Below are positions 1 to 10,082 of a DNA stretch of 64,000 bases, one piece after another. The position numbers and the translations under genes are program-made. The stretch lies in the sequence record MH460460.1, one strand, 5' to 3'. Below the pieces are notes generated by a model that saw only the letters and a program-made list of their open reading frames with translations, was not told the origin of the DNA and did not search any database. The stretch's first letter is position 1. The number at the start of each line of letters is the position of its first letter.

Positions 1-1
1 T

Positions 2-1453
2 TCACTGCCCTTAGAAATAAAGGCACTCCGAACAGTAACGAATCCGGATATTAAAAAGGCGCACCGTGTAAGTATGCTCGGACGCCTTTCGCCGGATCTG
101 TTTAGTTCAGAGGTAACAAAGAAAGCGTATAAACGTATTTCGAAGTTGCTCGAATCGCGCTCGATGATTCTTGATTGGGAAGATCTCTTAGAAGACCCTA
201 ACCTGAACGTTGACTATCGTGACGAACTGCGCAGCGCGGAAGAAGCGCCAGCGAAAGGCATGAAAGGATTCGAGCGTATTCTTGATCCACTTTTAAAGTA
301 TCGCAAACGTCGAACCATTATGAATGTGGGGCGCAGCATTGCAAAAGATCTGGAAGGTGATGAGGACGATTTTGATGAGGATGACTATCTTCTCAAACTC
401 GCTGATCATCTTAATCAGGCGAAAGGTGGATCGGTTAACGAACGTGTTCATTCTTTTGGAGGAAAGAAATCGAACGCGTTAAAACTCGCGAAGAAAGTTC
501 TTAACTCGCCGTCTGAGGTTCTGTATAAAACAGGCTACATTGAATATGATAGCCGAAATGCAGGCTTGCCGACGACTGGCGTTTTTATTCTCGGTGCAAG
601 TACATCCGGCGGTAAATCTGTTTTCAGTATGAACCTTGCGGATCGAATGGCGCGTGCAAACGGTATCCACTGTCTCAAGATAACTCTTGAAATGACAGAG
701 GAACAGGAAATGAACCGTATGCTCGCCATGATTAGCGGCGTTGATTTCTGGAAAATCAAACAGAACAAACTGACGAAGAAAGAGAAGAAAGCTGTTCTGA
801 AAGCGGCGAAGATTTACGATGACTCTTTGCGTAAGTCCGGCGCTCGAAATAGTTTTGTTTCTCCAGATCGCGGCATGAGTATTGATGACGTGCTTTATAT
901 GGCGACGGCATACAATGCAGAAGTAACCGTGCTCGATTACGTTGGTCTTCTTGAAGGTGTTGATGATGGCGACCAGTGGAAAAATCTCGGCAGCGTTGTG
1001 CGTCGTGCGAAAGTACATGCGCAGCAAAGCGGGAAACTGATTATCATTCTGGTTCAGATTGATAGTGACACTGGTAAAATTCGTTACTCGCAAGCGATGA
1101 AGGAACACGCCGACGTTGTTTGGACGTGGAACTATTCTGATCCGGAAGTTCGTGAAACTCACGTTCTGCCGATTCAGGTAATCAAAGCGCGTGATGGTGA
1201 GCTATTCGATCTTCCGCTTCGAGAAGCGTTTGAGAAAATGCAGGTACTTGATGGCGAAGGTGCGACCGCTACTTTCTCTTCTTCGGAAGATAACAAATCG
1301 CAATTCCGAAAAGGTGGCGGTAAGAAAAAGCCTGTTGAACTTGCAGACCTGAAACCTAATCGACGTGCTGGAATGTTAGTTAACGCCGCGTATGATGACG
1401 ATGGCGATAGCGGCAAGTCGAAGAAGAAGAAACGGAAATCTGCGCTTGAGTAA
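2..1453 (+). CDS. dnaB: DnaB-like replicative helicase (5'-partial; frame open upstream of ATG 74 to the window edge)
   Basis: Walker A GASTSGGKS, ITLEMTEEQEMNR (H1a), VLDYVGLL (Walker B/H2), IIILVQ (H3), and IKARDG arginine finger. No stop in frame from nt 2 to 74. Confidence 0.9.
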   Translation, partial: SLPLEIKALRTVTNPDIKKAHRVSMLGRLSPDLFSSEVTKKAYKRISKLLESRSMILDWEDLLEDPNLNVDYRDELRSAEEAPAKGMKGFERILDPLLKYRKRRTIMNVGRSIAKDLEGDEDDFDEDDYLLKLADHLNQAKGGSVNERVHSFGGKKSNALKLAKKVLNSPSEVLYKTGYIEYDSRNAGLPTTGVFILGASTSGGKSVFSMNLADRMARANGIHCLKITLEMTEEQEMNRMLAMISGVDFWKIKQNKLTKKEKKAVLKAAKIYDDSLRKSGARNSFVSPDRGMSIDDVLYMATAYNAEVTVLDYVGLLEGVDDGDQWKNLGSVVRRAKVHAQQSGKLIIILVQIDSDTGKIRYSQAMKEHADVVWTWNYSDPEVRETHVLPIQVIKARDGELFDLPLREAFEKMQVLDGEGATATFSSSEDNKSQFRKGGGKKKPVELADLKPNRRAGMLVNAAYDDDGDSGKSKKKKRKSALE

Positions 1454-2225
1454 ATATGAATCCCCCTACGGCGTTTTGGAATCAGACGAACTGGTTCCAC
1501 GCTGGTCATTCCCTTGCGATGGAAGAATAACGCAGGTGGAAGAAAGTTGGATGCTTGGCGATATGAGTAACACCGTATCGCCAGTGCGGTTGACACGCGG
1601 AATTCACAAAATTCACAATCAGGATTTTGATTATGACGGAACTGATGAAATCGATCTCGACGAAACCGCAGATGCAATTCAAAAAACAGAATCGCGTCTC
1701 CTTATCAGACCTGAACTTCGCGGAATCCGCAACCGCTCCAAAAAGAATGGTATTGGTGCGGAAAATGTTATCGAAGTCTCCGACGATCAAGTAAGCGATA
1801 TTATCGATCACGTAGAAGAAAAGGCCGATTCGTTCCGCAGCATGTTGTTGCGCCGAACTGTTCCGTTGCTTCTCGGTTATGATATTGCAGCGGGTGAGTC
1901 CGAAGCAATCGTGCGCGACATTCTTAAAACCGATATTGAAATTGACGATGAGTTAGTTGGATATATCGGGCGCGTCACGCTCGCAGACATGATCAGCGAG
2001 TCGATGAAAACGTGTGATAACCTTCCTGAATCGGTGCGTGCTGACGTGCTGAAAGATTGGTTAATCAAAGCGTTTGACGGAGTGCGTGCTGACCATAGCC
2101 GCGCCAATAAAAGCAATCTTGTGCGTCGTTTGAAAAATGAATACGAAGGCATGATTGCCAATGGCAAGGTTCCGTTGATTGGAACATCAAGAGGATTGTC
2201 GCAGCGTCATGGCAAAGAAACCTAA
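1446..2225 (+). CDS. Hypothetical protein between helicase and terminase (possible small terminase or packaging accessory)
   Basis: About 259-aa ORF with likely TTG start overlapping the helicase stop; role inferred from position only. Confidence 0.55.
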   Translation: MSKYESPYGVLESDELVPRWSFPCDGRITQVEESWMLGDMSNTVSPVRLTRGIHKIHNQDFDYDGTDEIDLDETADAIQKTESRLLIRPELRGIRNRSKKNGIGAENVIEVSDDQVSDIIDHVEEKADSFRSMLLRRTVPLLLGYDIAAGESEAIVRDILKTDIEIDDELVGYIGRVTLADMISESMKTCDNLPESVRADVLKDWLIKAFDGVRADHSRANKSNLVRRLKNEYEGMIANGKVPLIGTSRGLSQRHGKET

Positions 2226-5022
2226 AGTAGCGGCGGTTCAATTAAAACCGAAACGCATTTTAGCCTTTGAAACTTTGCTGAACGATGGCGAAGATGAAGG
2301 TGAGGATCTAACTTTCGTAGAAGAGAAAAAAAGTACAGACGTTTCTTTTCTACAGGAAGGTGAAGTAAATATTGTGGATCTCGTTGACCTAGCGCTGAAA
2401 GATAAATCGCTGGTTCCGCGAGATCTTAAATTCGATGATAGTGCTTGCCCTCAAGCGAAAAACTTTTTGGAATGGGTAACGTCTCCGCATTTCTTAAAGC
2501 AGACGCCTTATCTGGAACAGGCACTAATCGGTTTGCGTTTGTTTGGTGAAATCTGTCCACGTTGTTCTGATCTGGATTGGTTGCCTACCGAAGCGCATGA
2601 ACCGCAAGAAGGTTTGGCTGGTATTCGAAAACACCTTACCTTACTTGAACACGGCGAATGTCCTAAGTGTGGCGCTCGTCGTAGTGAGTTGATGCACTCG
2701 AAAGAATTAAACTTCTACAACGAACTTGCGGTGAACGCAGGACAGCGTTGCGTTGGTGCATCTACTCCGGTTATTACTGAACGAGGTTTGTTGCCGATTA
2801 GCCATATGTTTATCGGTCACGACTCGCCGGGATTCCATTTGCCGCGCATGAATATGTGCGCAAATACCGGAAACAAACTGGATCGCGTCAAACAACTTTA
2901 TGTGAGTACCGAAGGCGCAACTAAACGTGTTGTGCTGCAAAACGGAATGCACATTGACGCGACTCCGGATCATCCTCTTAGAACTGAAACAGGTTTTAAG
3001 CGCGTTAAGAAATTAACCACGGAAGATCATGTTCAAATTTGTTTGGGAACAAACGTGTGGGGCAAGAAAGTTACTTTGCCTATCACGATTGAAGAGGCTG
3101 GCCTTGCAACTCGCGATGCCGCTCTTGAATTTCTCAGACGCAATTCTTTGCCGATAGAAAATGATAAACTCATTTACACGTCCACTGCGCCGAAAGCGCA
3201 AATGGCTTGGTGTATTTTGCTTAACGCTGGTTTTCTCCCTGTTGTCCGAAATGTTGGCAATGAGTATTCTGTTGTATTTGATCTTAATTCTCAACCTATC
3301 TCAAAATCTCTCTTCATAAAGATTGATAGCATTGAGGATACTGATGATCAGATAACTTATGATTTGGTGATGGATGGAATGCCTCAGTTTATTGCTGGCG
3401 GCCTTCTGAATCATAACAGCGGTAAGAGTATCGTTGTTGCGATGTGTTCCACGTATCTTACACATATCATCTTAAAGTCTCAGTCTCCCACTGGTATTCT
3501 TGGAATCAGTAACACGACAATTCTTCACGGAACTTTCGTAGCGCTGACGCAATCACAAGCGAAAGATACTTTGTGGACACCGTACTTCAACATGATATCT
3601 GATAGTCCGTGGTTCCAAAAATATCACGAAGTTATCAGGCGACAAGAAAGAAAATACGGTATCGAAGTAATGAAGATCCGTGACACGTTTGTGTTATACG
3701 GACACCGTAACTTAATTGTTTACCCTGCTGGCCCTGATGGGCGTATTCTGCGTGGGCGTACACGAATTTTTGGCGCACTCGATGAAATCGCATACTTCGA
3801 TAACGATGCGGATAGTAAGAAAGTAAAAGTAAGTGCCGGGATGGTTTACGGCGCACTTGATCGATCTCTCGCTACCGTGCGTGCGGCAGAGGATAAACTT
3901 ATCGCCGCAGGCTATGACCGCGCATTTACTGGATACATGTTTAACGTGAGTAGTCCGGTTCATGCGCGAGATAAAATCAACGAACTGATGCGAAGCAGTG
4001 TTGGCAGTACGAAACTTCTCGGCATTCACGCGCCAACGTGGAAGATGAACCCGACAATGCCGCGCAATAGTCCATTCTTGGAAGAAGCGTTTCGACGCGA
4101 TCCAGTTGGCGCTGCGCGAGATTATGGCGCGGAAGCTCCGTTGTCTGCGAATCCATTTATTACTCAGCCTGTTTTCGTTTCAAAAGCAATTCGAGAAAAA
4201 GGCAGAAACATGTGCGTGTACAGTCATAAGATTGTGCGTCACAAAGATGGTTCGCGCCAACGTTACGGAACTCTGGTAAAAGCTGCGACAACAACTCAGC
4301 CTAGTATTATGGCGCTCGATGCTGGTTACTCAAATAACAGTTTCGCGATGGTAGTTGGTAGTCGAAATGCAGCGGGAATTATTAGCGTAGATTGTATTGC
4401 CGAAATAATTCCATTGCCCGGCATTCCCCTGAACTATACGTTAATCTTCGATGAGTTATTGTTGCCGTTGTGTCAGAAACGAAACGTAAAAGTTTTGCTG
4501 GCTGACCAATGGAACAGTATTAAGCTATTGCAGGACGCCAAACTAAAAGGCGGGATTACGGAAGCAGATAAATACAGTCTCAAGTATCAAGACTTGTGGA
4601 CAGTAAAAACTTTGCTGGAATCCGAAGTTCCTCGTTTAAGTTTGCCGCGAATGCAGCACGCCGAAACAATCGCAGATACGTTGCTTTACGATGGTGAAGA
4701 CTATCCGTATTGTTTTGAAGGTAAACCTACCGAACACCTTATCATGCAAATTCAAACGGTACAGGATACCGGGAGAAGCGTAATTAAAAACATGGGCGCA
4801 ACCGATGATAGTTGGCGTGCTATGGCGTTGATGGTTTGGGGATTCGAAAGCGGAAACTACGAAGAAGCATTGACCATTCGCGAAGAAGTTCACGTCAATC
4901 GTGATCCGTCTCGCCTCGGTGTTTCTAAAGGCCGTAGAAATACGGGAAGCGCATCAAGTACAGCGCTGTCTAGTGGTAATCCGATAGGTTCCGTCAGGAC
5001 GCGAAGAATAGGACAAAAATAA
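2209..5022 (+). CDS. terL: Terminase large subunit with intein
   Basis: Walker A reconstituted after splicing (AGQR|SGKS), Walker B GALDEIAYF, NVSSP coupling motif, RNase H-like nuclease motifs MALDAG and TDDSWRA. N-terminal CPRC/CPKC Zn-like insert. GAGGA SD upstream of ATG 2209. Confidence 0.9.
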   Translation: MAKKPKVAAVQLKPKRILAFETLLNDGEDEGEDLTFVEEKKSTDVSFLQEGEVNIVDLVDLALKDKSLVPRDLKFDDSACPQAKNFLEWVTSPHFLKQTPYLEQALIGLRLFGEICPRCSDLDWLPTEAHEPQEGLAGIRKHLTLLEHGECPKCGARRSELMHSKELNFYNELAVNAGQRCVGASTPVITERGLLPISHMFIGHDSPGFHLPRMNMCANTGNKLDRVKQLYVSTEGATKRVVLQNGMHIDATPDHPLRTETGFKRVKKLTTEDHVQICLGTNVWGKKVTLPITIEEAGLATRDAALEFLRRNSLPIENDKLIYTSTAPKAQMAWCILLNAGFLPVVRNVGNEYSVVFDLNSQPISKSLFIKIDSIEDTDDQITYDLVMDGMPQFIAGGLLNHNSGKSIVVAMCSTYLTHIILKSQSPTGILGISNTTILHGTFVALTQSQAKDTLWTPYFNMISDSPWFQKYHEVIRRQERKYGIEVMKIRDTFVLYGHRNLIVYPAGPDGRILRGRTRIFGALDEIAYFDNDADSKKVKVSAGMVYGALDRSLATVRAAEDKLIAAGYDRAFTGYMFNVSSPVHARDKINELMRSSVGSTKLLGIHAPTWKMNPTMPRNSPFLEEAFRRDPVGAARDYGAEAPLSANPFITQPVFVSKAIREKGRNMCVYSHKIVRHKDGSRQRYGTLVKAATTTQPSIMALDAGYSNNSFAMVVGSRNAAGIISVDCIAEIIPLPGIPLNYTLIFDELLLPLCQKRNVKVLLADQWNSIKLLQDAKLKGGITEADKYSLKYQDLWTVKTLLESEVPRLSLPRMQHAETIADTLLYDGEDYPYCFEGKPTEHLIMQIQTVQDTGRSVIKNMGATDDSWRAMALMVWGFESGNYEEALTIREEVHVNRDPSRLGVSKGRRNTGSASSTALSSGNPIGSVRTRRIGQK
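2749..3417 (+). mobile_element. Intein (223 aa) in TerL Walker A, with degenerate homing-endonuclease remnant
   Basis: Begins CVGASTPVITERG (block A), contains IDATPDHPL (block B TxxH), ends TYDLVM...GLLNHN followed by Ser+1 (blocks F/G). Too short for a full LAGLIDADG endonuclease. Confidence 0.92.
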
Positions 5023-5188
5023 AGTAATTTGGAGTTATACAGCGGGAATAATTATTCCCGCTAGAAATACGGGAAGCGCATCAAGTACAGCGCTGTCTAG
5101 TGGTAATCCGATAGGTTCCGTCAGGACGCGAAGAATAGGACAAAAATAAAGTAATTTGGAGTTATACAGCGGGAATAATTATTCCCGC
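4935..5188. repeat. Exact 127-bp tandem duplication (4935-5061 and 5062-5188), likely assembly overlap artifact
   Basis: Two identical copies starting TAGAAATACGGGAAGCG, with period exactly 127 nt; the first copy includes the terL 3' end. Confidence 0.9.
5041..5062. terminator. Perfect 22-bp palindrome AGCGGGAATAATTATTCCCGCT after terL (second copy 5168-5189)
   Basis: Self-complementary sequence 19 nt after the terL stop; no long U tract, so terminator role is uncertain. Confidence 0.5.
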
Positions 5189-5214
5189 TAGTCCTATTCA
5201 AAAAGGGGAATAAA

Positions 5215-5430
5215 ATGAGTAAGAGATATTTCAATCCGTTGACTGCCAACTCCGCTTCTTCTGAATCTTCTGTAAAGAAAGATCAGGTGGCTTCAACCTC
5301 TGCGTTCAACATTACCGATCCTTCGGTATGTCCGAAATGCAATAGCGCCACTATCGAAACAAAACTTTTATCGAGTGAGCCTGTTCGCTTTTGCACAAAT
5401 TGCAGAGTAGTTATGGCGCTTCCAGAATAA
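5215..5430 (+). CDS. Small Zn-ribbon protein
   Basis: CPKC...CTNC; good SD (AAGGGG). Confidence 0.75.
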   Translation: MSKRYFNPLTANSASSESSVKKDQVASTSAFNITDPSVCPKCNSATIETKLLSSEPVRFCTNCRVVMALPE

Positions 5431-5442
5431 CGGGGAAATCTA

Positions 5443-7386
5443 ATGGGTATCAAACTCGGTCGTGAAGTTCGCGAGCCTCAAATCTCAAAGGGCAGCGAAA
5501 CCGCGAAGAAAGCAAAGACTCGCCCGTTAGGATCGAAATCACAAGAGCGTGCGCAGGCAAACGTTCAATCAATGTCAAAAGTTGCGAAACCTTTCCGTTC
5601 AACTTCGAGCGGTTCCGGAATGAGCGGCGGCAACATGCAAGTCGGCAGTGTTCCGCTTGATATTGATTTGGGGCCAATGTTGGAAGGCATGGATTACGAT
5701 GCCGATGACCGACAACTTTTTAATCTCTACCGTGATATTTATTTCTTCGATCCTATCGGCGGCAGTTACGTCGATTTATTCAGTACCCTTCCGTTCTCAG
5801 ATGTAAGTTTTAGCGGCGCGAAAGATAGTGTGCTTGAAGCATACTATGAAGTGAACGAACGTCTGTCGCTTTCCTCCAGTATGCCAAACATCACAACTGA
5901 TCTTCTGGTTACTGGTGCTTTCTGCGGAAGCATGTTGTACAACAAGGAACGTAAAAAATTCATCGACCTGATGACGCACCGCTACGATAACATCGAAGCA
6001 ACGCCGTTCCCGTTAATGTCGCAAGATCCGATTTTCGAACTGCGTGTACCGCAAGACGTTAAGCGTGCATTCTCGAAAGAGAGTCGCCGTGTTGATGCGC
6101 TGCGTAAAGAACTCGGTGCAGGTTTCGTTGATAAGATGCTCAACGAAAACATGGTTGAACTTGATCCGATTGGTACGATTTATATTCCGCGCAAAACTTT
6201 TACTTTTGGTGAAGGCGTAAGTGCGTTTCGTCGTATGCTTCCAATCTGGCTGATTGAGAAAAACCTTTATCGTGGTACGCTGATTGAATCCGGTCGCCGC
6301 CAGCGTGGTATCCTTCATGCTCAGTTAGGCGATGGCGATCAGTGGGAACCGTCGCAAGAGGAAATGGATTTCATCACTGACTTACTTTTGAATGCGGATA
6401 GTGATCCAATCGGTTCTATTATCACAACGCGTTTGGGCGTAAACATTAGTGAATTCCGTCAGGGCGGTGACTTCTGGAAGATTACCGATATTTGGGATCA
6501 GACTGCATCATTCAAAATGCGCTTGCTTGGAATTTCCGAAGCACTACTTTCCGGTGAAGCGAACTATGATAGTGCAGCAACTGGTCTGACAGTATTTATC
6601 GAATCTCTCCGCGCTTATCGCGATTTCGTAACGCGTAAAGTTTATTACGAAAAAGTTTTCCCGCTTATCAGCATGATGAACGGTTACGCTATCGGCAAGA
6701 ATGGCAAGATCATGAAAAAATCTGGCCTGATGGATGGCAGTCTGAATGAAATCATGTATCGTTTGAATGACGGCAGTAAGCTGTTTATTCCTAACGTGCA
6801 TTGGTCTAAACAACTGCGTCCTGATATTGATAGCGCGATGATGGAAAACTTGCGTGCGATGACTGAACTTGGTGTTCCGGTTCCGTTGCGTAGTATTGCG
6901 GCGGCTGGCGGTTTCAACTTCGATCAGTTGTTGATGGATCAGGATGAAGATCTTGCGCTGCGTCATAAACTTCTGGCTTACAAAAAACGTCAGCAAGAAA
7001 TCGACAAGCAGTATTCTATCGAAGAAGCTGCTGGCGGTGATGGCGATAGTTATTCTTCTGTATCGTCTACTGGTCGTGGTATGCAAAGCGTTCTCGGAAT
7101 CCCTAACGTTCTCGGAAGTCAGTCTGCGGTTCTCGGTGGCGTCCGCCGTCCGGGATTAAAAGGTCGCGATTTCGGCGAGCAGTCCGAAATTTTCGAACTG
7201 TCGAAAACTGGCAAGAAGAAACATGTGTACCGTCAGGCACGCGCCAACCAAAGAGCAAACGACATGATTTACAAAACCATTCAGAACTATGAGCGCAATA
7301 AAACTATGCCTCTGGATTCTGGTCTTGTGACTCATGAGCCTACTGCTTACGAAACGCGTGCTTTGCGTCGTTCAGGATTGTTCTGA
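5443..7386 (+). CDS. Portal protein
   Basis: 647 aa just downstream of terL; N-terminal LYRDIYFFDPIGGSYVD resembles the portal yr.m..Dp.i...vD pattern; helical core. Confidence 0.75.
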   Translation: MGIKLGREVREPQISKGSETAKKAKTRPLGSKSQERAQANVQSMSKVAKPFRSTSSGSGMSGGNMQVGSVPLDIDLGPMLEGMDYDADDRQLFNLYRDIYFFDPIGGSYVDLFSTLPFSDVSFSGAKDSVLEAYYEVNERLSLSSSMPNITTDLLVTGAFCGSMLYNKERKKFIDLMTHRYDNIEATPFPLMSQDPIFELRVPQDVKRAFSKESRRVDALRKELGAGFVDKMLNENMVELDPIGTIYIPRKTFTFGEGVSAFRRMLPIWLIEKNLYRGTLIESGRRQRGILHAQLGDGDQWEPSQEEMDFITDLLLNADSDPIGSIITTRLGVNISEFRQGGDFWKITDIWDQTASFKMRLLGISEALLSGEANYDSAATGLTVFIESLRAYRDFVTRKVYYEKVFPLISMMNGYAIGKNGKIMKKSGLMDGSLNEIMYRLNDGSKLFIPNVHWSKQLRPDIDSAMMENLRAMTELGVPVPLRSIAAAGGFNFDQLLMDQDEDLALRHKLLAYKKRQQEIDKQYSIEEAAGGDGDSYSSVSSTGRGMQSVLGIPNVLGSQSAVLGGVRRPGLKGRDFGEQSEIFELSKTGKKKHVYRQARANQRANDMIYKTIQNYERNKTMPLDSGLVTHEPTAYETRALRRSGLF

Positions 7387-7694
7387 TGAAATTTAATTTC
7401 AATGTTCCGTGCTCAGGTACGGAACGTCGCATATGCTATCAACATCCAGTGTTTCCAAACTACGGTTTGGCTTTATCTGTAAACGAAGACCGTACAGCAT
7501 TAACTTGCTGTATTGTTTTCGGCGACATTAGTGATTACCGGGATTTGGAAATCCTCTCGGATCTCACTGCGCCGATTGATGTTTTCGTTTGGGCTTTTAC
7601 CATAATGCAGAAAATTCAAAATACTGTAAATGGTATGAGTGTAGACGTGGAGAATCTTCTCTCCACAAATAAATACTTCTATCAGGAGAAATAA
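7386..7694 (+). CDS. Hypothetical protein
   Basis: 102-aa ORF translationally coupled to the portal. Confidence 0.6.
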   Translation: MKFNFNVPCSGTERRICYQHPVFPNYGLALSVNEDRTALTCCIVFGDISDYRDLEILSDLTAPIDVFVWAFTIMQKIQNTVNGMSVDVENLLSTNKYFYQEK

Positions 7695-7695
7695 A

Positions 7696-8070
7696 GTGAG
7701 TGAACTGTTTCCGCATCGCGTTCTTCCCGCAAAAACGAAAGGCTTTGTTTTCGTAGTTGTAGCAGAAGACGAAGACGTTCAGGATCTGGTCGATGGCGCT
7801 GCTCAGGCCGAAAAAATCCTCAACACAAAGTTTGAAACGGACGCTAACTCAGGTCTGACTCCGGAAGACGCACGCAATCCGGAAGAAGTCGATATGGTTT
7901 ACGCCGACGCGGTTTCGCTGCTGGAGGACAATAACTTCCCGCTGGCTGAATGCTTTATCGTTACCAGTGTAACGGTTGTTGGCGATCTGGTAGTTGTGGT
8001 TGCATCGCTCGGCGATGTGGACGACGAAGACGAGGACGACGAAGAACTTTCAGAAGAAGATTTTGAATAA
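7696..8070 (+). CDS. Acidic hypothetical protein
   Basis: 124 aa with a D/E-rich C-terminal tail; followed by a terminator. Confidence 0.65.
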   Translation: MSELFPHRVLPAKTKGFVFVVVAEDEDVQDLVDGAAQAEKILNTKFETDANSGLTPEDARNPEEVDMVYADAVSLLEDNNFPLAECFIVTSVTVVGDLVVVVASLGDVDDEDEDDEELSEEDFE

Positions 8071-8077
8071 AAAGTTT

Positions 8078-8103
8078 CGGGAGGCAGCAATGCCTCCCGT
8101 TTT
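8078..8103 (+). terminator. Intrinsic terminator
   Basis: CGGGAGGCA-GCAA-TGCCTCCCG-TTTT (GNRA loop, U tract). Confidence 0.85.
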
Positions 8104-8117
8104 CTTCGGAGGATTTC

Positions 8118-8582
8118 ATGACAGATTCAAATAAAGGAAGGCATCAACTGATTTGCCGCCTGCCCGAAAGTTTGCCGCCTTTCGATAGTGCTTTAATTGA
8201 TCTCGATAAAAAGGGAATGTTAAAGTTGCTTCTGTCTGCCGCTCCGGATGTTTGTCAAATCGTTACTCTGTCCAGTGCGAAAACGCCTCTCGCAAAATAT
8301 TTCCCAATGCTTTTCCGAAAGAAATTTCGCTGTATAAATTTCTCGTTGGAGTTTCCGAACGATCTGCTTTTGTCTGGACGTGTCGTGCATTTGTTTGTGC
8401 GCAATAAACCGTTGTTTACTGCTCTGTCTCCGTTGTTCTATCGTGGTTCAAGTTGTTTGCATGAACTAAGTCAGTGCTCAGGCCGCGTAATTGATTTGTA
8501 TGTTGGCGGTCTTACTCTGCATGAAGCGCTGAAAGAACGTATCGGGATAAAAGAGTCGATTGTTTTTATGGAGGAACAGTGA
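8118..8582 (+). CDS. Hypothetical protein
   Basis: 154 aa, GGAGG SD. Confidence 0.6.
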   Translation: MTDSNKGRHQLICRLPESLPPFDSALIDLDKKGMLKLLLSAAPDVCQIVTLSSAKTPLAKYFPMLFRKKFRCINFSLEFPNDLLLSGRVVHLFVRNKPLFTALSPLFYRGSSCLHELSQCSGRVIDLYVGGLTLHEALKERIGIKESIVFMEEQ

Positions 8583-9616
8583 GTAGATCATTTGGTTCCA
8601 TTTCCGAAGAAAGCGAACCAAAAGCAAAAGTAACGCAACTCACACCGAAAGTTGTCTTCCGCAAGAAGCCCACGCTTCATGTGTTTGATGCAAGCAACTG
8701 GTTGTGTCGTGCTTACTTTGTGTCGCAGAATCAAAATCGGAAATTAACCGCACCGGATGGAACACCTACGGGCGCAGTGTATATCTTTATGACGATGGTT
8801 GACGCAATGCTTTCGCAGATTCGTCGCGATCCTAAAGGCGCTTACGCTGCGTTTTGTTTTGATGGACGTTCTAACAGTACGTGGCGCTATCGTGCTATTC
8901 GTAACTGGAGTGCGGAACAAACGAAAGACACAATCGCAAAAGTCTTTCCGAAAAGCAGTGATTACAAAGGCAATCGTGACAGAACAAAAACTGCCGATTT
9001 GCCGATTCAAATGGATTTGGCACAAGAGATTTTAGAAGCGTATGGAGTGTGGGCGCGGCGTAAAACCCCCTACGAAGCCGATGACATTATCGGCACGCTG
9101 TCTCATCGTTTTAGTCGAAAGTATTTTGTTGATATCTACTCACGCGACAAAGATACGTTGCAACTTGTAGACAATCCGCGCACGCAAGTTATAATGGCGG
9201 CGCAGTCAAACGCTATCGAAAAACGATACACATTAAAAAACGTTCATTCGCATTTCGGCGTTTCTCATGATCTCATCGTAGATTTTCTTGCGATGTGTGG
9301 AGACTCTGCCGATAACGTACCGGGATTACCGGGCGTTGCAGAAGGAACGGCAGTAAAACTCTTAGAGGAATATGGAAGCCTCGAAAATTTAATTAAAGCA
9401 GCGCCAACGATCAAATCAAATGCTCGCTGGCGAAACGCTATTATAGGAAAGTACCCGCTGATGGATCTGGATCTACAGCGTGAATTAGTTACGATTGATC
9501 GCAATGTTCCGATGTTGCCTAAAAACATTTCCGATTTCGAAATCGGAGAGCCTGATTTAAAAGCGATAAAGGACTTAAAGAAGCGACTCAAATTTAAACG
9601 TATATTTGAAATCTAA
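8579..9616 (+). CDS. 5'-3' exonuclease / flap endonuclease (Pol I N-terminal, T5 D15 / T4 RNase H-like)
   Basis: VFDASNWLCRAYF, FCFDG, YKGNR, YEADDIIGTL, SRDKDTLQL, H3TH GDSADNVPGLPGVAEGTAVKLL. Confidence 0.93.
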   Translation: MSRSFGSISEESEPKAKVTQLTPKVVFRKKPTLHVFDASNWLCRAYFVSQNQNRKLTAPDGTPTGAVYIFMTMVDAMLSQIRRDPKGAYAAFCFDGRSNSTWRYRAIRNWSAEQTKDTIAKVFPKSSDYKGNRDRTKTADLPIQMDLAQEILEAYGVWARRKTPYEADDIIGTLSHRFSRKYFVDIYSRDKDTLQLVDNPRTQVIMAAQSNAIEKRYTLKNVHSHFGVSHDLIVDFLAMCGDSADNVPGLPGVAEGTAVKLLEEYGSLENLIKAAPTIKSNARWRNAIIGKYPLMDLDLQRELVTIDRNVPMLPKNISDFEIGEPDLKAIKDLKKRLKFKRIFEI

Positions 9617-9627
9617 GGGTATTATCT

Positions 9628-10077
9628 ATGGACGTTCAAACTCGCTTGGCAAATTTTGTAGAATCTTACCACTCTGCGTTTCAATCTGATGACTGCGAAT
9701 CTGTTGATGTTCGTCTTATCAGTGTCATGCGCAGTGTTCAGGGAAAAGATCCTGAAATTCTTCCGAAAGACTTGTTCAACTCCTTCTTGTTCCAGATTGC
9801 GTACAAACGTTTTTATGAACACGCACAAACCAAACTCGATCTGTCGTTGATTGCTTTGGCGGCCTGCATTAGCAGTCTACCGGGCGAAGTAGTGATGCTC
9901 TGTTCCTATTGCTACCTCAAAGGCATTTCAAACTTCGATGAGTTTGCACTTGATGTTGGGTTCGACTCCTGCCCTTCCGATTTAAGCGCAGCATGGGACG
10001 CGCAAAAAGTTGAAGGCGCTAACGCGCTGGATATGTTATCGGAAGTTGAAGCCTACCGTACAAAACAGTTAGGGTAA
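9628..10077 (+). CDS. Hypothetical protein
   Basis: 149-aa ORF in operon context. Confidence 0.6.
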   Translation: MDVQTRLANFVESYHSAFQSDDCESVDVRLISVMRSVQGKDPEILPKDLFNSFLFQIAYKRFYEHAQTKLDLSLIALAACISSLPGEVVMLCSYCYLKGISNFDEFALDVGFDSCPSDLSAAWDAQKVEGANALDMLSEVEAYRTKQLG

Positions 10078-10082
10078 GTGCT

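Noticed and set aside
479-1162. 227-aa antisense ORF within the helicase
   Set aside because: Shadow of a strongly conserved sense gene; no recognisable motifs.
4935-5188. 127-bp repeat with palindrome as a CRISPR array, origin or att site
   Set aside because: Only two identical units with no spacers, no cas or integrase nearby, and the length equals a common assembler k-mer.
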